Shown here one piece after another: positions 23,199-31,877 of a stretch of DNA of 32,000 nt. The number at the start of each line of letters is the position of its first letter. Within the stretch, counting starts at the first letter, position 1. Under the pieces are notes generated by a model. The model worked only from the letters and a program-made list of their open reading frames with translations, ran no database searches and was not told the DNA's origin. Source of the DNA: Candidatus Micrarchaeum sp. (GTDB lineage Archaea > Micrarchaeota > Micrarchaeia > Micrarchaeales > Micrarchaeaceae); NCBI RefSeq assembly GCF_016806735.1, contig NZ_CP060530.1:810001-842000 (forward strand). Reading direction: 5' to 3'. Both the position numbers and the translations under genes were made by a program.

Positions 23199-23798
23199 TC
23201 ATGCGGTTTCCAGGCTTCGGTTCTGGTACCTGCCGCGCATTTCTATCTCTGCAAGCTTTTTCAGCACTTCGCGAGCCTTGGCAAAGCCGCTTTCATATGC
23301 CCTTTCGAACGCATGAAAATCTTCTTCGCTCACCGACCTCTTGAAGAGCAGCACGTCGAAGGCCATGTCCTCGACAGAACTTGAATAATAGGAAAGCCCA
23401 AAGTCTATGACGGATATTCCATCGCTTTTGATTAGTATGTTGGCAGTGGTAAAATCCCCGTGTATTATGCCCGATGAATGCAGCGCGGCCATTGCCTTGC
23501 CTGATGCCAGGGCACCTGGCCTGCCAAGGCTGGGCCTCTTTAACGCTTGGATCCCTTCCAGCTTCTTCATTATTATGGCATATTTGGTGACAAAAAGAGG
23601 CTTAGGCGCGCTTATCAGCGACGAAGCCTTCGAAAGAATCCTTGCTTCCGTTTTCGTGCGCTGACCCCTGAGAGATTCCTCTATGTCTTTGACCAGATAA
23701 GGCTTGGGCCTCCTGTACTTCATCACCGCCTTTATGCCGAGAAGTTCAAGCTCGTATATGTCTGCTTCTGCGCCTTCGGAGATTTTCGTCAGAGCCAT
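23199..23798 (-). CDS. bud32: Bud32/PRPK atypical protein kinase (KEOPS subunit)
   Basis: 199 aa. EGAEADIY, AVMKYRRPKPY, IIHGDFTTANILI and VIDFGLS are present. It overlaps the kae1 stop by 10 nt. Confidence 0.85.
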   Translation of the reverse strand: MALTKISEGAEADIYELELLGIKAVMKYRRPKPYLVKDIEESLRGQRTKTEARILSKASSLISAPKPLFVTKYAIIMKKLEGIQALKRPSLGRPGALASGKAMAALHSSGIIHGDFTTANILIKSDGISVIDFGLSYYSSSVEDMAFDVLLFKRSVSEEDFHAFERAYESGFAKAREVLKKLAEIEMRGRYQNRSLETA

Positions 23799-24769
23799 TT
23801 GAGTTCCACCCCGTCTATCCTGTATCTCTGCTCTATGGTATAATCGCCGCTCCTTGGTTTGGCTCCACCCCTGTGCATCAGCTCCCCGACATAAGCTATC
23901 ATGGCGCCGTTGTCTGCGTTATACTCATTCGGCGCAGTGTAGAAGCCGACGCCATGGGATTTTGACATTGCAGCAAGTATTTCCTGAAGCCTTTTGCTCT
24001 GCGCCACGCCTCCGCATAGTATTACACCTTGTTTTCCTGAGAGCAGCAACGCCCTCTCTGACGCTTCTGCTATCATACTGAAGGCAGTCTCCTGCAATGA
24101 ATATGCAACATCCTCAACTTTATGGGAGGAAAGCGCTTTCACGGCATTTGTGAGCAATCCGGTAAACGTAAAATCCATTCCCTTGACGGTGTATGGCATC
24201 TGCATATAATGGCCGTTCTCAGCGACCTTTGCCACTGTAGAGCCCCATGCAGGGTTGAGCCTTGCAGCCCTGGCAAAGTTGTCTATCATGTTGCCCACCC
24301 CTATGTCGAGAGTCTCTCCGTATATTGCATAATGCCTGAAGCCCTTGTCGGTTATCCCAAGTATCTGGGAGTTGCCTCCGCTTACGTATACTGCGAGAGG
24401 GTCCTTGAAGCCCGATAAATGAGTAGTTATCTGTATGTGGCCTATGGCATGGTTCACAGGATATAGTGGCACCGAAAGAGTTTCTGACAGCGTCATTGCT
24501 GCAAGCTGGCCCACCCTAAGGCAGGGGCCCAGGCCTGGTCCTTTCGTATAGCTTATCGCTTCTATCTCGGACAACCGAATTCCTGATTCTGAGATCGCCC
24601 TTTGTATGACGCCCCTGGCATTGCTGGCGTGAAACTCGGCTACGCGCGAGGGTATCATCCCCTTGTCGGTTATCTTGTACATCTCTTTGGAATTGGCAAG
24701 TATTTTCCCCTTATCGGATATGCCCACGCCAAAGGTGTGTGCGCTGCTTTCTATTCCCAGTACTGCCAT
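23789..24769 (-). CDS. kae1: tRNA N6-adenosine threonylcarbamoyltransferase Kae1
   Basis: 326 aa. MAVLGIESSAHTFGVGI, NHAIGHI, YVSGGNSQ and GGVAQSKRLQE are hallmarks of Kae1/TsaD. Confidence 0.9.
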   Translation of the reverse strand: MAVLGIESSAHTFGVGISDKGKILANSKEMYKITDKGMIPSRVAEFHASNARGVIQRAISESGIRLSEIEAISYTKGPGLGPCLRVGQLAAMTLSETLSVPLYPVNHAIGHIQITTHLSGFKDPLAVYVSGGNSQILGITDKGFRHYAIYGETLDIGVGNMIDNFARAARLNPAWGSTVAKVAENGHYMQMPYTVKGMDFTFTGLLTNAVKALSSHKVEDVAYSLQETAFSMIAEASERALLLSGKQGVILCGGVAQSKRLQEILAAMSKSHGVGFYTAPNEYNADNGAMIAYVGELMHRGGAKPRSGDYTIEQRYRIDGVELKWL

Positions 24770-24821
24770 TTATGACACGCTCGCGCTAAGCTTATTATGG
24801 AAAACAAGAAATAAAAACAGG

Positions 24822-25130
24822 TCAGGACGCAACGTCTATGCTTGCATCCTTGTAGCCCATGTTCACTAATACGTTCTTGACCTTCGATTTGTGGTTTCCC
24901 TGAAGCTCTATCATGTTGTCCTTTGAAGTGCCGCCACAGGCAAGCGTCCTCTTTAGGTTCTTCAAGGCATTTTCCAGGTCTCCGGAATTCAATCCTTCGA
25001 CTATTGTAACCACTTTGTTGAACTTGGCTTTCTTGGTATAAACCTTTATCCTGCTTTCAACTTCCTTATCTAAAACATCGCACACGCAGAGTTCTTTCGG
25101 CAATCCGCACTTGGGACATATGTCGCTCAT
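24822..25130 (-). CDS. sui1: translation initiation factor aSUI1 (eIF1 homolog)
   Basis: 102 aa. N-terminal CPKCGLPKELCVC knuckle, then KVVTIVEGL ... LKRTLACGGTSKDNMIELQGNH. ATGA overlap with the L29 stop. Confidence 0.85.
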   Translation of the reverse strand: MSDICPKCGLPKELCVCDVLDKEVESRIKVYTKKAKFNKVVTIVEGLNSGDLENALKNLKRTLACGGTSKDNMIELQGNHKSKVKNVLVNMGYKDASIDVAS

Positions 25131-25336
25131 TTCTTCTCTGCACCTCTTTCGTTAAGCACAGTCTTTATCCTAGCTATGGTCTTTTTCATCTCGCGTATCT
25201 TTACGACCTTGCTGGAAACTCCTGTTGCTGCAACCTTTCTCTTTTCTATCGCAAGTTCGAGGTTGAGTTCCCCTACCTTGGTCTTGAGTGCATTCTCCTG
25301 CATTGCCCTTATGTCTTTGATCTTTATTTCAAACAC
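25127..25336 (-). CDS. rpl29: 50S ribosomal protein L29 (uL29)
   Basis: 69 aa with a GTG start. IKDIRAMQENALKTKVGELNLEL ... IREMKKTIARIKTVLNE aligns with the archaeal L29 pattern (ELR..S..EL..KL.ELK.EL ... IRE.RK.IARI.T). Confidence 0.8.
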   Translation of the reverse strand: MFEIKIKDIRAMQENALKTKVGELNLELAIEKRKVAATGVSSKVVKIREMKKTIARIKTVLNERGAEKK

Positions 25337-25407
25337 CTCAAATATACTTTATTTTGACGATTAATATATTAAAAGCTTTCTAGCAGTTGGACTTGCACGT
25401 TTGGTTG

Positions 25408-26217
25408 CTATTTCTTTACTACCGCGTTGTCGAGTGCTGTGGCACACGTGCATGAACGTTCTTTCGGTATTTCGTTTATCAGGTCTGTAACCATTTTCTT
25501 AACCTTCTCTATGCTTGAAGCAAACCTCTTTCCGACATCCTCGAATGATACCGGCTGTATGTGCTGGTCTTCTTCTATGCCTGCGTCATAGTCAGTAACT
25601 ACTGCTATGGTAGAATAGCACATCGCCCGTTCCCTGGCAAGAGTCACTTCAGGATATTGGGTCATGTTTATTATGTCGGCACCCATATTTTTGAACATCT
25701 TTGATTCTGCCATTGTGGAAAATCTTGGCCCGTTTATTGCTATTATGGTTGCGTTCTCGTGATATTTTATGTCGTCATAGTCGCTTACGCGCACGGCCAT
25801 TTTGTGCATTTCCGGGCAGTAGGGGAAAGCGGTGCTCACGTGTGTAACTTGCGGCCCGTCATAGAATGTGTCAGCCCTTCCGCTCGTCATATTTATGAAC
25901 TGGGTAGGCAAAGCGAAATCCCCAGGTACAAAATCCATCCTTAGAGAGCCTACAGCAGTTATCGATATGAGCCTTTTTACCCCGAGAGAGTCAAGAGCTG
26001 CAATATTTGCCCTGTAGTTTATCTTGTGCGGTGGAATCGTATGGTCCTTGCCGTGCCTTGGAATGAAGGCAACGCTCCTCCCATTTATCGTTCCTAGCGA
26101 GACCTTGTCGCTTGGCTTGCCATATTCAGTATTTATATCAAGCTCTTCGGGGTTGTCGAAAAGGGAGTAAACTCCCGAGCCTCCTATTACCCCGAATTCA
26201 GCATTCTTGCCTTTCAT
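25408..26217 (-). CDS. mtnP: S-methyl-5'-thioadenosine phosphorylase
   Basis: 269 aa. GVIGGSGVY, EYGKPSD, VAFIPRHGKDHTIPPHKINYRANIAAL and AINGPRFST are present. Confidence 0.85.
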   Translation of the reverse strand: MKGKNAEFGVIGGSGVYSLFDNPEELDINTEYGKPSDKVSLGTINGRSVAFIPRHGKDHTIPPHKINYRANIAALDSLGVKRLISITAVGSLRMDFVPGDFALPTQFINMTSGRADTFYDGPQVTHVSTAFPYCPEMHKMAVRVSDYDDIKYHENATIIAINGPRFSTMAESKMFKNMGADIINMTQYPEVTLARERAMCYSTIAVVTDYDAGIEEDQHIQPVSFEDVGKRFASSIEKVKKMVTDLINEIPKERSCTCATALDNAVVKK

Positions 26218-26229
26218 CCATGAACACCT

Positions 26230-27495
26230 TCAGTACCAGCCTCTGGCTTTCATGGCCGCTGCGACTCTGGAAACCGCTATTATGTAAGCTGCAGTCCTCG
26301 GAGTTATATTCTTTCCTTTGTCATTGTACTCCTTCTTCGTTGCCATCATGTCCGTGTATGACTTTGTTATTATTTTGTCAAGCTTGGAGTATACCTCTTC
26401 GGCGCTCCAGTAGTATCCGCCTATGTTCTGCACCCATTCGAAGTAGGAGCCTATTACCCCTCCGGAATTTACAAGGAAGTCTGGCACGTCGAAGATGTTG
26501 CGCTCGTGCAGAATCTTGTCCGCATCTGGTGTTACTGGCCCGTTTGCAAGCTCAAGCACAAGCTTGGCCTTTATCTTGTCGGCGTTTGAGCCCGTTATCT
26601 GGTTCTCTATTGCTGCCGGTATGAGTATGTCAACGTCGCTCTCTAGCAGCTGCTCGTTTGTCATCTTTTCTCCGCCCTCGTAGCCGGTTACGCTGCCTGT
26701 TTCCTTCTTGGCCTTTTCAAGCTTGGCAAGATCCAGGCCATTCGGGTCGTATATGGCGCCGTTGGAATCGCTTATTGCCACGACGTTGGAGCCATAGAGC
26801 TTCTTTGAAAGCGTGTATGCATACATTCCGGCATTGCCGAATCCCTGCACTGCGATTTTCGCCTTCTTGAGGTCTATGCCAAGCGTCTTAGCTGCTTCCC
26901 TCATTACGAAAAGCCCTCCCATCGCTGTAGAATCGTTTCTTCCTTCGCTTCCCCAGACTTCCAAAGGCTTTCCGGTTATTGTACCGAACTCATTGTGCCT
27001 CACTATGTTGCTGTATTCATCCATCATCCACGCCATTATCTGCGGGGTAGTATAGACGTCCGGTGCAGGTATGTCAACTTGCGGGCCTATGTATTTTCCT
27101 ATTGCCCTTATGTATCCTCGGGAAAGAGCTTCAAGCTCTTGCGGTGTCATGCTTTTCGTATCGCAGATTACGCCGCCCTTAGAGCCGCCGAACGGTACGT
27201 TTGCAAGCGAAACCTTCCACGTCATCCATGCTGAAAGCGCCTTCACGGTGTCGATGCTCTCCTTCGGGTGAAATCTTATGCCGCCTTTTGTAGGGCCCCT
27301 TGCATCATTGTACTGCACCCTAAAGCCCTGGAAAACTTTGACTTTGCCGTCATGCATTTTCACAGGTATGTTAACTATCAGCGTTCGCATTGGTTCTCTA
27401 AGTATTGCATGTGCCTGCTCATCCAGACCCATTACCTCCGCAGCTTCGTCCAGCTGCTGTTGTGCTATCTTGAAAGGATTCAGTTCTTCTGCCAT
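26230..27495 (-). CDS. gdhA: glutamate dehydrogenase (Glu/Leu/Phe/Val dehydrogenase family)
   Basis: 421 aa. GGIRFHP, MTWKVSLANVPFGGSKGG and VQGFGNAG (Rossmann motif) are present. Confidence 0.9.
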   Translation of the reverse strand: MAEELNPFKIAQQQLDEAAEVMGLDEQAHAILREPMRTLIVNIPVKMHDGKVKVFQGFRVQYNDARGPTKGGIRFHPKESIDTVKALSAWMTWKVSLANVPFGGSKGGVICDTKSMTPQELEALSRGYIRAIGKYIGPQVDIPAPDVYTTPQIMAWMMDEYSNIVRHNEFGTITGKPLEVWGSEGRNDSTAMGGLFVMREAAKTLGIDLKKAKIAVQGFGNAGMYAYTLSKKLYGSNVVAISDSNGAIYDPNGLDLAKLEKAKKETGSVTGYEGGEKMTNEQLLESDVDILIPAAIENQITGSNADKIKAKLVLELANGPVTPDADKILHERNIFDVPDFLVNSGGVIGSYFEWVQNIGGYYWSAEEVYSKLDKIITKSYTDMMATKKEYNDKGKNITPRTAAYIIAVSRVAAAMKARGWY

Positions 27496-27716
27496 TTTTA
27501 CACCTATTGCGATTAGGAGCGATTGCCCCTCATTTATTTTTCCAGCAATCTATATAAACGTCTTTGGCATAGCATAATTACACGAATAAAATTTGTTTTA
27601 TGAAATGAAAATTTTCCGTTAAAGAAAAAGAATTTTTGTCTTCATAAAAACTGCTTTGGGCTAATTCATAGATTAGGAATACGCAAGGGAAGAAATGTTC
27701 CAGTATTAAAGTAAGC

Positions 27717-27728
27717 TTTATATATATT
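27717..27728 (+). promoter_or_regulatory. TATA-like box TTTATATATATT upstream of the pilin gene
   Basis: Lies 41-52 nt upstream of the ATG at 27769. An AGGTG Shine-Dalgarno sequence at 27757-27761 would fall in the short 5' UTR. Confidence 0.4.
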
Positions 27729-27768
27729 GTGCATTGAAGTATTTATTAGCACTTAAAGGTGTTAGTAC

Positions 27769-28296
27769 ATGGGAATGAAAAACCAAAAAGCGCAAAGCGC
27801 TATGGAATACCTAATGACATACGGTTGGGCAATACTGATTATTGCGATAGTGCTGGCGGCACTTTTCTCACTGGGAATCTTCAGCAGCAGCTCCTTCACA
27901 GGAACGACTTGCATAGCAAGCTCCGGATTCTTGTGCAGCTCCCCTGTTTGGACTAGCGGAACATTGCATGTAACACTTGGACAGAGCACAGGCACATCTT
28001 GGACTGGAGTGAGCTTCTTCTTTGTACCATCAGGAGTAGCAGATCCAACAACGGCAGCACAAGTAACGTCGGCCAATTATGTTATAGCGAGTTTGTCGCC
28101 GTCCACAACTGACCTGTCAAGCGGACAAACAGTATCTGCAGACTTTACACTCAACGGAACGAGTCAACCAACAGGAGCAGACTTCTCAACAGCACCAGGA
28201 ACATCGGCAAGCGGAACTATTTGGGTAGTATATAACACGCCGAGCGCAAGTGGATTGTTGTCGCAGATAGCAACTACAACACTGAAGGAAAGCTGA
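27769..28296 (+). CDS. archaeal type IV pilin-like protein with a class III signal peptide (DUF361-type)
   Basis: 175 aa. M(GM)KNQKAQ|SAMEYLMTYGWAILIIAIVLAALFSLGIF has a short basic leader, the Q-S-x-x-E-Y-L motif and a hydrophobic helix, as in prepilin-peptidase (PibD/EppA) substrates. The rest is Ser/Thr/Gly-rich. Confidence 0.8.
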   Translation: MGMKNQKAQSAMEYLMTYGWAILIIAIVLAALFSLGIFSSSSFTGTTCIASSGFLCSSPVWTSGTLHVTLGQSTGTSWTGVSFFFVPSGVADPTTAAQVTSANYVIASLSPSTTDLSSGQTVSADFTLNGTSQPTGADFSTAPGTSASGTIWVVYNTPSASGLLSQIATTTLKES

Positions 28297-28345
28297 TCAG
28301 TTCAGCTTTTCTTTTTTTCTTTTTCTTTTTTAATTTGATTTTTTT
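28291..28345 (+). terminator. hairpin plus long oligo-T terminator after the pilin gene
   Basis: AGCTGA (28291-28296) / TCAGCT (28302-28307) forms a 6-bp stem overlapping the stop codon. It is followed by TTTTCTTTTTTTCTTTTTCTTTTTTAATTTGATTTTTTT. Confidence 0.65.
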
Positions 28346-28400
28346 AGCATAGCGGCAGCTATTCTTTATCTTGAGTTGCTATGCGAAAAAGAGGAAACGA

Positions 28401-29333
28401 TTACTGTTTTCCTTGTCTCAGCTCAATGAGCTCCTTCTTCATTGAAAGCACCTGCATTAGCTCGTTGGCGCTGAGTAGTGGCTTTCTCAATCTGTCAGTA
28501 TCGTCTATCGCTATGCGCGGGCATGCAGTATTGACGAATGCATCAAACTCCATCATGTTGTTTATGGAATCGAAGTCGAACGTGTTTGATACCAGGATTG
28601 CGGATTTGATCCCTTCGGATTCTATTTTCTTTTTGAGTATCTCTGCAAGCTTCAGGTTATGCTGGCCGTTCTTTGTGCTTACCAGTATCGCTATGGACTT
28701 CGCATCAAGCGAGGCCAGAACCTTGCCCTTGCTTCTCCTTTGATAGGTATCCCTTAAGCTGTCTATGAATTCCACCTTGTTGTCAAACGGCTCTATGACC
28801 AGGAATGGTTTTTTTGTGTTAAGAAGCGCTCCCAATGGATGGAATATGCCGCCGCCGAAATATACGTGAGCGTCGACCTTGCTGTCCACCGAAGCCGCGC
28901 TGCCTATGTCGCAGCCCAGTATCTGGCCCGGGTGCTTGGCGAAGCCGTATGGCCTTCCTATAAAGACCTCTTTGCCGTTTTTCTCGTAGAATTCTTTTAT
29001 GCTGTCAAGTTGGTGTAGGTGCTGTACTGTAGTGACCACGCTTATCCTGTTGAAATCCTTGAGGTACTCCAACGATTTAGGCAGAAGATCCAAAGGGGCA
29101 TCTATCTCGTATGGGACATATTCCACGTTGAAGTCGACCTTGTTGAATTCTGCATGGCCGTAGTGTATTAGCTTGTCGACCTTAAGGTTCCTAGCTTCGT
29201 CCAAAGCGAGGTCGCACGCGCCAAAGTTGGGAGAAGCAGATATGAATACCTCGTTGCCTTCCTTTTCAAGGCTTTCGGCATATTCCAGAGCTTTCTGCTT
29301 TAGCCCTTCGGGAAACTGTATGAGTATGCGCAT
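28401..29333 (-). CDS. dph2: 2-(3-amino-3-carboxypropyl)histidine synthase (diphthamide synthesis, Dph2)
   Basis: ATG at 29331-29333 (MRILIQFPEGLKQKAL...); the ORF track's GTG is 9 nt upstream. FGACD, LIHYGHA, GCD and NTACPR are the conserved Cys-containing motifs of radical-SAM Dph2. Confidence 0.85.
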   Translation of the reverse strand: MRILIQFPEGLKQKALEYAESLEKEGNEVFISASPNFGACDLALDEARNLKVDKLIHYGHAEFNKVDFNVEYVPYEIDAPLDLLPKSLEYLKDFNRISVVTTVQHLHQLDSIKEFYEKNGKEVFIGRPYGFAKHPGQILGCDIGSAASVDSKVDAHVYFGGGIFHPLGALLNTKKPFLVIEPFDNKVEFIDSLRDTYQRRSKGKVLASLDAKSIAILVSTKNGQHNLKLAEILKKKIESEGIKSAILVSNTFDFDSINNMMEFDAFVNTACPRIAIDDTDRLRKPLLSANELMQVLSMKKELIELRQGKQ

Positions 29334-29420
29334 TGGAAACACTGATTTAGCATTTAAAAAAAGTAATATTTATGCCTGTTGGCCTTTTTGCAGGCATAAA
29401 ATGCACGGTTGCAGAATTGC

Positions 29421-29960
29421 TCAGTTCTTGGCCTGCTGGGCCTGCTCTATGTTGAGCTTGTAAAGCCCTGAGAGCTTTGATGATGCCCTCCTGAAGGCTT
29501 CCCTGACATGGGGCACGTTCTTTGCCCTTGTCTTGACCATGAAGACAGGCTGGCCCTCCCTGAGCCTTGCAGCTACGCTCACCGGCTTGCCGAAAGCGTG
29601 GCTCATTCCCTGCGATATACGGTCTGCTCCTGCGCCAGTTGCCATCCTGTGCTCCCTTATTATCATGTGTGGGTACACAAGAACCTTGAAGTAGAAATCG
29701 CCAGGGGCCATGAGCTCCATGTGCTTGTTTATCATCTGCCTTGCCGATTCTATCGAGTTTGAGCGAAGCTGTATGGCCTGCTTTGTCGTTAGCGTAAGGA
29801 CCGTGTCGAAATCTGGCTTGTCTACGCCCATGTTGAACACCAGCAGGCTCGTGTGCGGCTTAGCCCTTATGTAGTTCTTTCTGGGCTTCTTCTGCGAGTA
29901 CCTCGCCCATGCCTGCGAAAATATATACCTAAAAGTCCTTGCCGGTCTTAGCCTTGTCAT
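29421..29960 (-). CDS. rpl10e: 50S ribosomal protein L10e (uL16)
   Basis: ATG at 29958-29960 (MTRLRPARTFRY...); the ORF track's GTG is 9 nt upstream. RPAR.(F/Y)R, MATGAGADRISQGM and the VREAFRRASSKL tail are typical of L10e. Confidence 0.85.
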   Translation of the reverse strand: MTRLRPARTFRYIFSQAWARYSQKKPRKNYIRAKPHTSLLVFNMGVDKPDFDTVLTLTTKQAIQLRSNSIESARQMINKHMELMAPGDFYFKVLVYPHMIIREHRMATGAGADRISQGMSHAFGKPVSVAARLREGQPVFMVKTRAKNVPHVREAFRRASSKLSGLYKLNIEQAQQAKN

Positions 29961-30114
29961 TATAAACACTCCTAAAAAAATCTAATGCTCCTGAGAAAAG
30001 AGATTAGCGATAATAGTTTAGCATAAAAACCTATAAAAAGATTTGGAAATCCCTGCTCAGGTATTTAGGATTATACATTTAAACTTTAATTGAGTATGTT
30101 TTGCAGGTGACACC

Positions 30115-31167
30115 ATGGAGCTCTTGGACAACGCTTTGAACAACAATGATTTTGACGACACGCTTTTCAAGGCCAAGATTGCAGTATGCGGACTTGGCGG
30201 CGGGGGCAGCAACACGATACAGAGGATGGTAAAGCAGGGCATAAAGAGCGCCAGCTTCATAGCAGTCAATACGGACTCCAAGCACCTCAACAGCCTGGAT
30301 CCGTCAATAAACAGGATACTTATCGGCGGGCCGCTGACAAAGGGCCTGGGAGCAGGAGGCTTCCCTGAAATGGGTGCTAGGGCCGCTGAATACTCAAGGG
30401 GCGACCTCAAGAAGGCTTTAGATGGCTATAACCTGGTGTTCGTATGCGCCGGAATGGGCGGAGGAACAGGAGGTGGCGCAGCTCCAGTAGCTGCAGGCAT
30501 AGCCAAGGAAAACGGAGCCATAGTTATAGGCATAGTCACATTCCCGTTCAGGCTGGAGAAGGTAAGGCTGCAGGTTGCAATGAAGAGCATACAGGACCTA
30601 AGAAAGAACGTCGACACGCTCATAGTCATAGACAACCAGAGGCTGGTCAGCCTGTACCAGAACCTTGCACTTGAGCAGGCGTTCAGGGTTGCCGACGAAG
30701 TGGCGTATAGGGCAGTAAAGGGGATTACCGAAACCGTCAATACTCCAAGCTTCATAAACCTAGATTTCGCAGACGTCAAAGCAGTGATGAACAGCGGCGG
30801 CCTTGCAATGATAAGCATAGGCGAAGGCAAGGGCACCAACAAGGTCGAGGAAGCCGTCGAAGACACGCTGAAGAACAAGCTTCTTGACGTGGATTATGAC
30901 GGAGCTACCGGAGTGCTAATGCACATAACCGGAGGCGACGACCTTACGTTGGGAGAAGCAAACGAGATAGGCAGGAAGCTGACGGAGCACATATCCCAGA
31001 ATGCCAACATACTGTGGGGAGCCAGGGTCGACCCCGCATACAACGGCAAGATAGAGCTCATAGCCATATTCACCGGAGTGAAAAGCCCATCGATACTCGG
31101 AAGCTCTGAAAGCAGCGAGTTCGGGCCAAGCAACGAAAAGAGGAGCTATGGCATAGATGAAATATGA
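30115..31167 (+). CDS. ftsZ: cell division GTPase FtsZ
   Basis: 350 aa. GLGGGGSNTIQRM, AVNTDSKHL, GLGAGGFPEMG and AGMGGGTGGGAAPV (the tubulin signature) are present. An AGGTGA SD at 30105-30110 precedes the ATG. Confidence 0.9.
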   Translation: MELLDNALNNNDFDDTLFKAKIAVCGLGGGGSNTIQRMVKQGIKSASFIAVNTDSKHLNSLDPSINRILIGGPLTKGLGAGGFPEMGARAAEYSRGDLKKALDGYNLVFVCAGMGGGTGGGAAPVAAGIAKENGAIVIGIVTFPFRLEKVRLQVAMKSIQDLRKNVDTLIVIDNQRLVSLYQNLALEQAFRVADEVAYRAVKGITETVNTPSFINLDFADVKAVMNSGGLAMISIGEGKGTNKVEEAVEDTLKNKLLDVDYDGATGVLMHITGGDDLTLGEANEIGRKLTEHISQNANILWGARVDPAYNGKIELIAIFTGVKSPSILGSSESSEFGPSNEKRSYGIDEI

Positions 31168-31212
31168 ATGATTTAAATATATTTTCCGGCACAATGAAAT
31201 TTTAGTGATTTA

Positions 31213-31869
31213 ATGAGCATGCTGAACGACGGAGACAGGAAAGCGCTAGAAGAAACTTTCAAGAAGGAGATGTCGGATGACGTCTCTGTAATGTATTTCA
31301 CGGATTCCAAGGACAGATGCGAATACTGCGGGGAAAACCTGAAGCTGCTTGAGGAGCTTAGCTCCATAGACAGCAGGATAAAGCTCACGGTATACGACAT
31401 AAACGAGCACCGGAGCGAGGCAAAGTTCCTTGGAGTTGATGCCACGCCGTCTACAGTAATCGGTGGAAAGCGCATTTACGGAGTGATTTACAAGGGCATA
31501 CCAGCAGGGCATGAATTCGCTTCTTTGATTGGCGACATAATAGACGCATCGAGGAATTCGACAACCCTTTCGGAAAACACGAAGAAGAAGCTTAGTGGGC
31601 TCAAGAAGCACGTGGACATAAAGGTATTCGTGACTCCGACATGCCCGTGGTGCCCGAAAGCAGTCAGAATAGCGCACCAGTTTGCGATGGAGAGCAAGTT
31701 CGTCAGGAGCAGCATGATAGAGGCTTCAGAATTCATGGACTTGGCGAAGAAATATGCAGTAATGGGAGTGCCTAAGATAGTCATAAACGACAAATACTCT
31801 TTTGAAGGCGCGCAGCCGGAAGATGTTTTCCTGAACTACGTAATGGCGTCAGCAGAGGACGCGGCATGA
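31213..31869 (+). CDS. protein disulfide oxidoreductase / glutaredoxin-like protein with two thioredoxin-fold units
   Basis: 218 aa with two CxxC sites: CEYC in the first half and CPWC in the second, with GVPKIVIN downstream. This resembles the archaeal PDO family. Confidence 0.7.
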   Translation: MSMLNDGDRKALEETFKKEMSDDVSVMYFTDSKDRCEYCGENLKLLEELSSIDSRIKLTVYDINEHRSEAKFLGVDATPSTVIGGKRIYGVIYKGIPAGHEFASLIGDIIDASRNSTTLSENTKKKLSGLKKHVDIKVFVTPTCPWCPKAVRIAHQFAMESKFVRSSMIEASEFMDLAKKYAVMGVPKIVINDKYSFEGAQPEDVFLNYVMASAEDAA

Positions 31870-31877
31870 GCTTGCGC

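Noticed and set aside
26112-26624. + strand 170-aa ORF spanning the mtnP/gdhA junction
   Set aside because: It is antisense to two confidently identified enzymes and crosses their intergenic gap. Its product is Leu/Ser/Cys/Pro-rich noise.
29981-30007. Weak inverted repeat TCTAAT-N15-ATTAGA between rpl10e and ftsZ
   Set aside because: A 6-bp AT-rich stem with a long loop in AT-rich promoter DNA is expected by chance.
30426-30878. Minus-strand 150-aa ORF inside ftsZ, and other antisense ORFs in ftsZ
   Set aside because: It is antisense to an unmistakable FtsZ coding frame.
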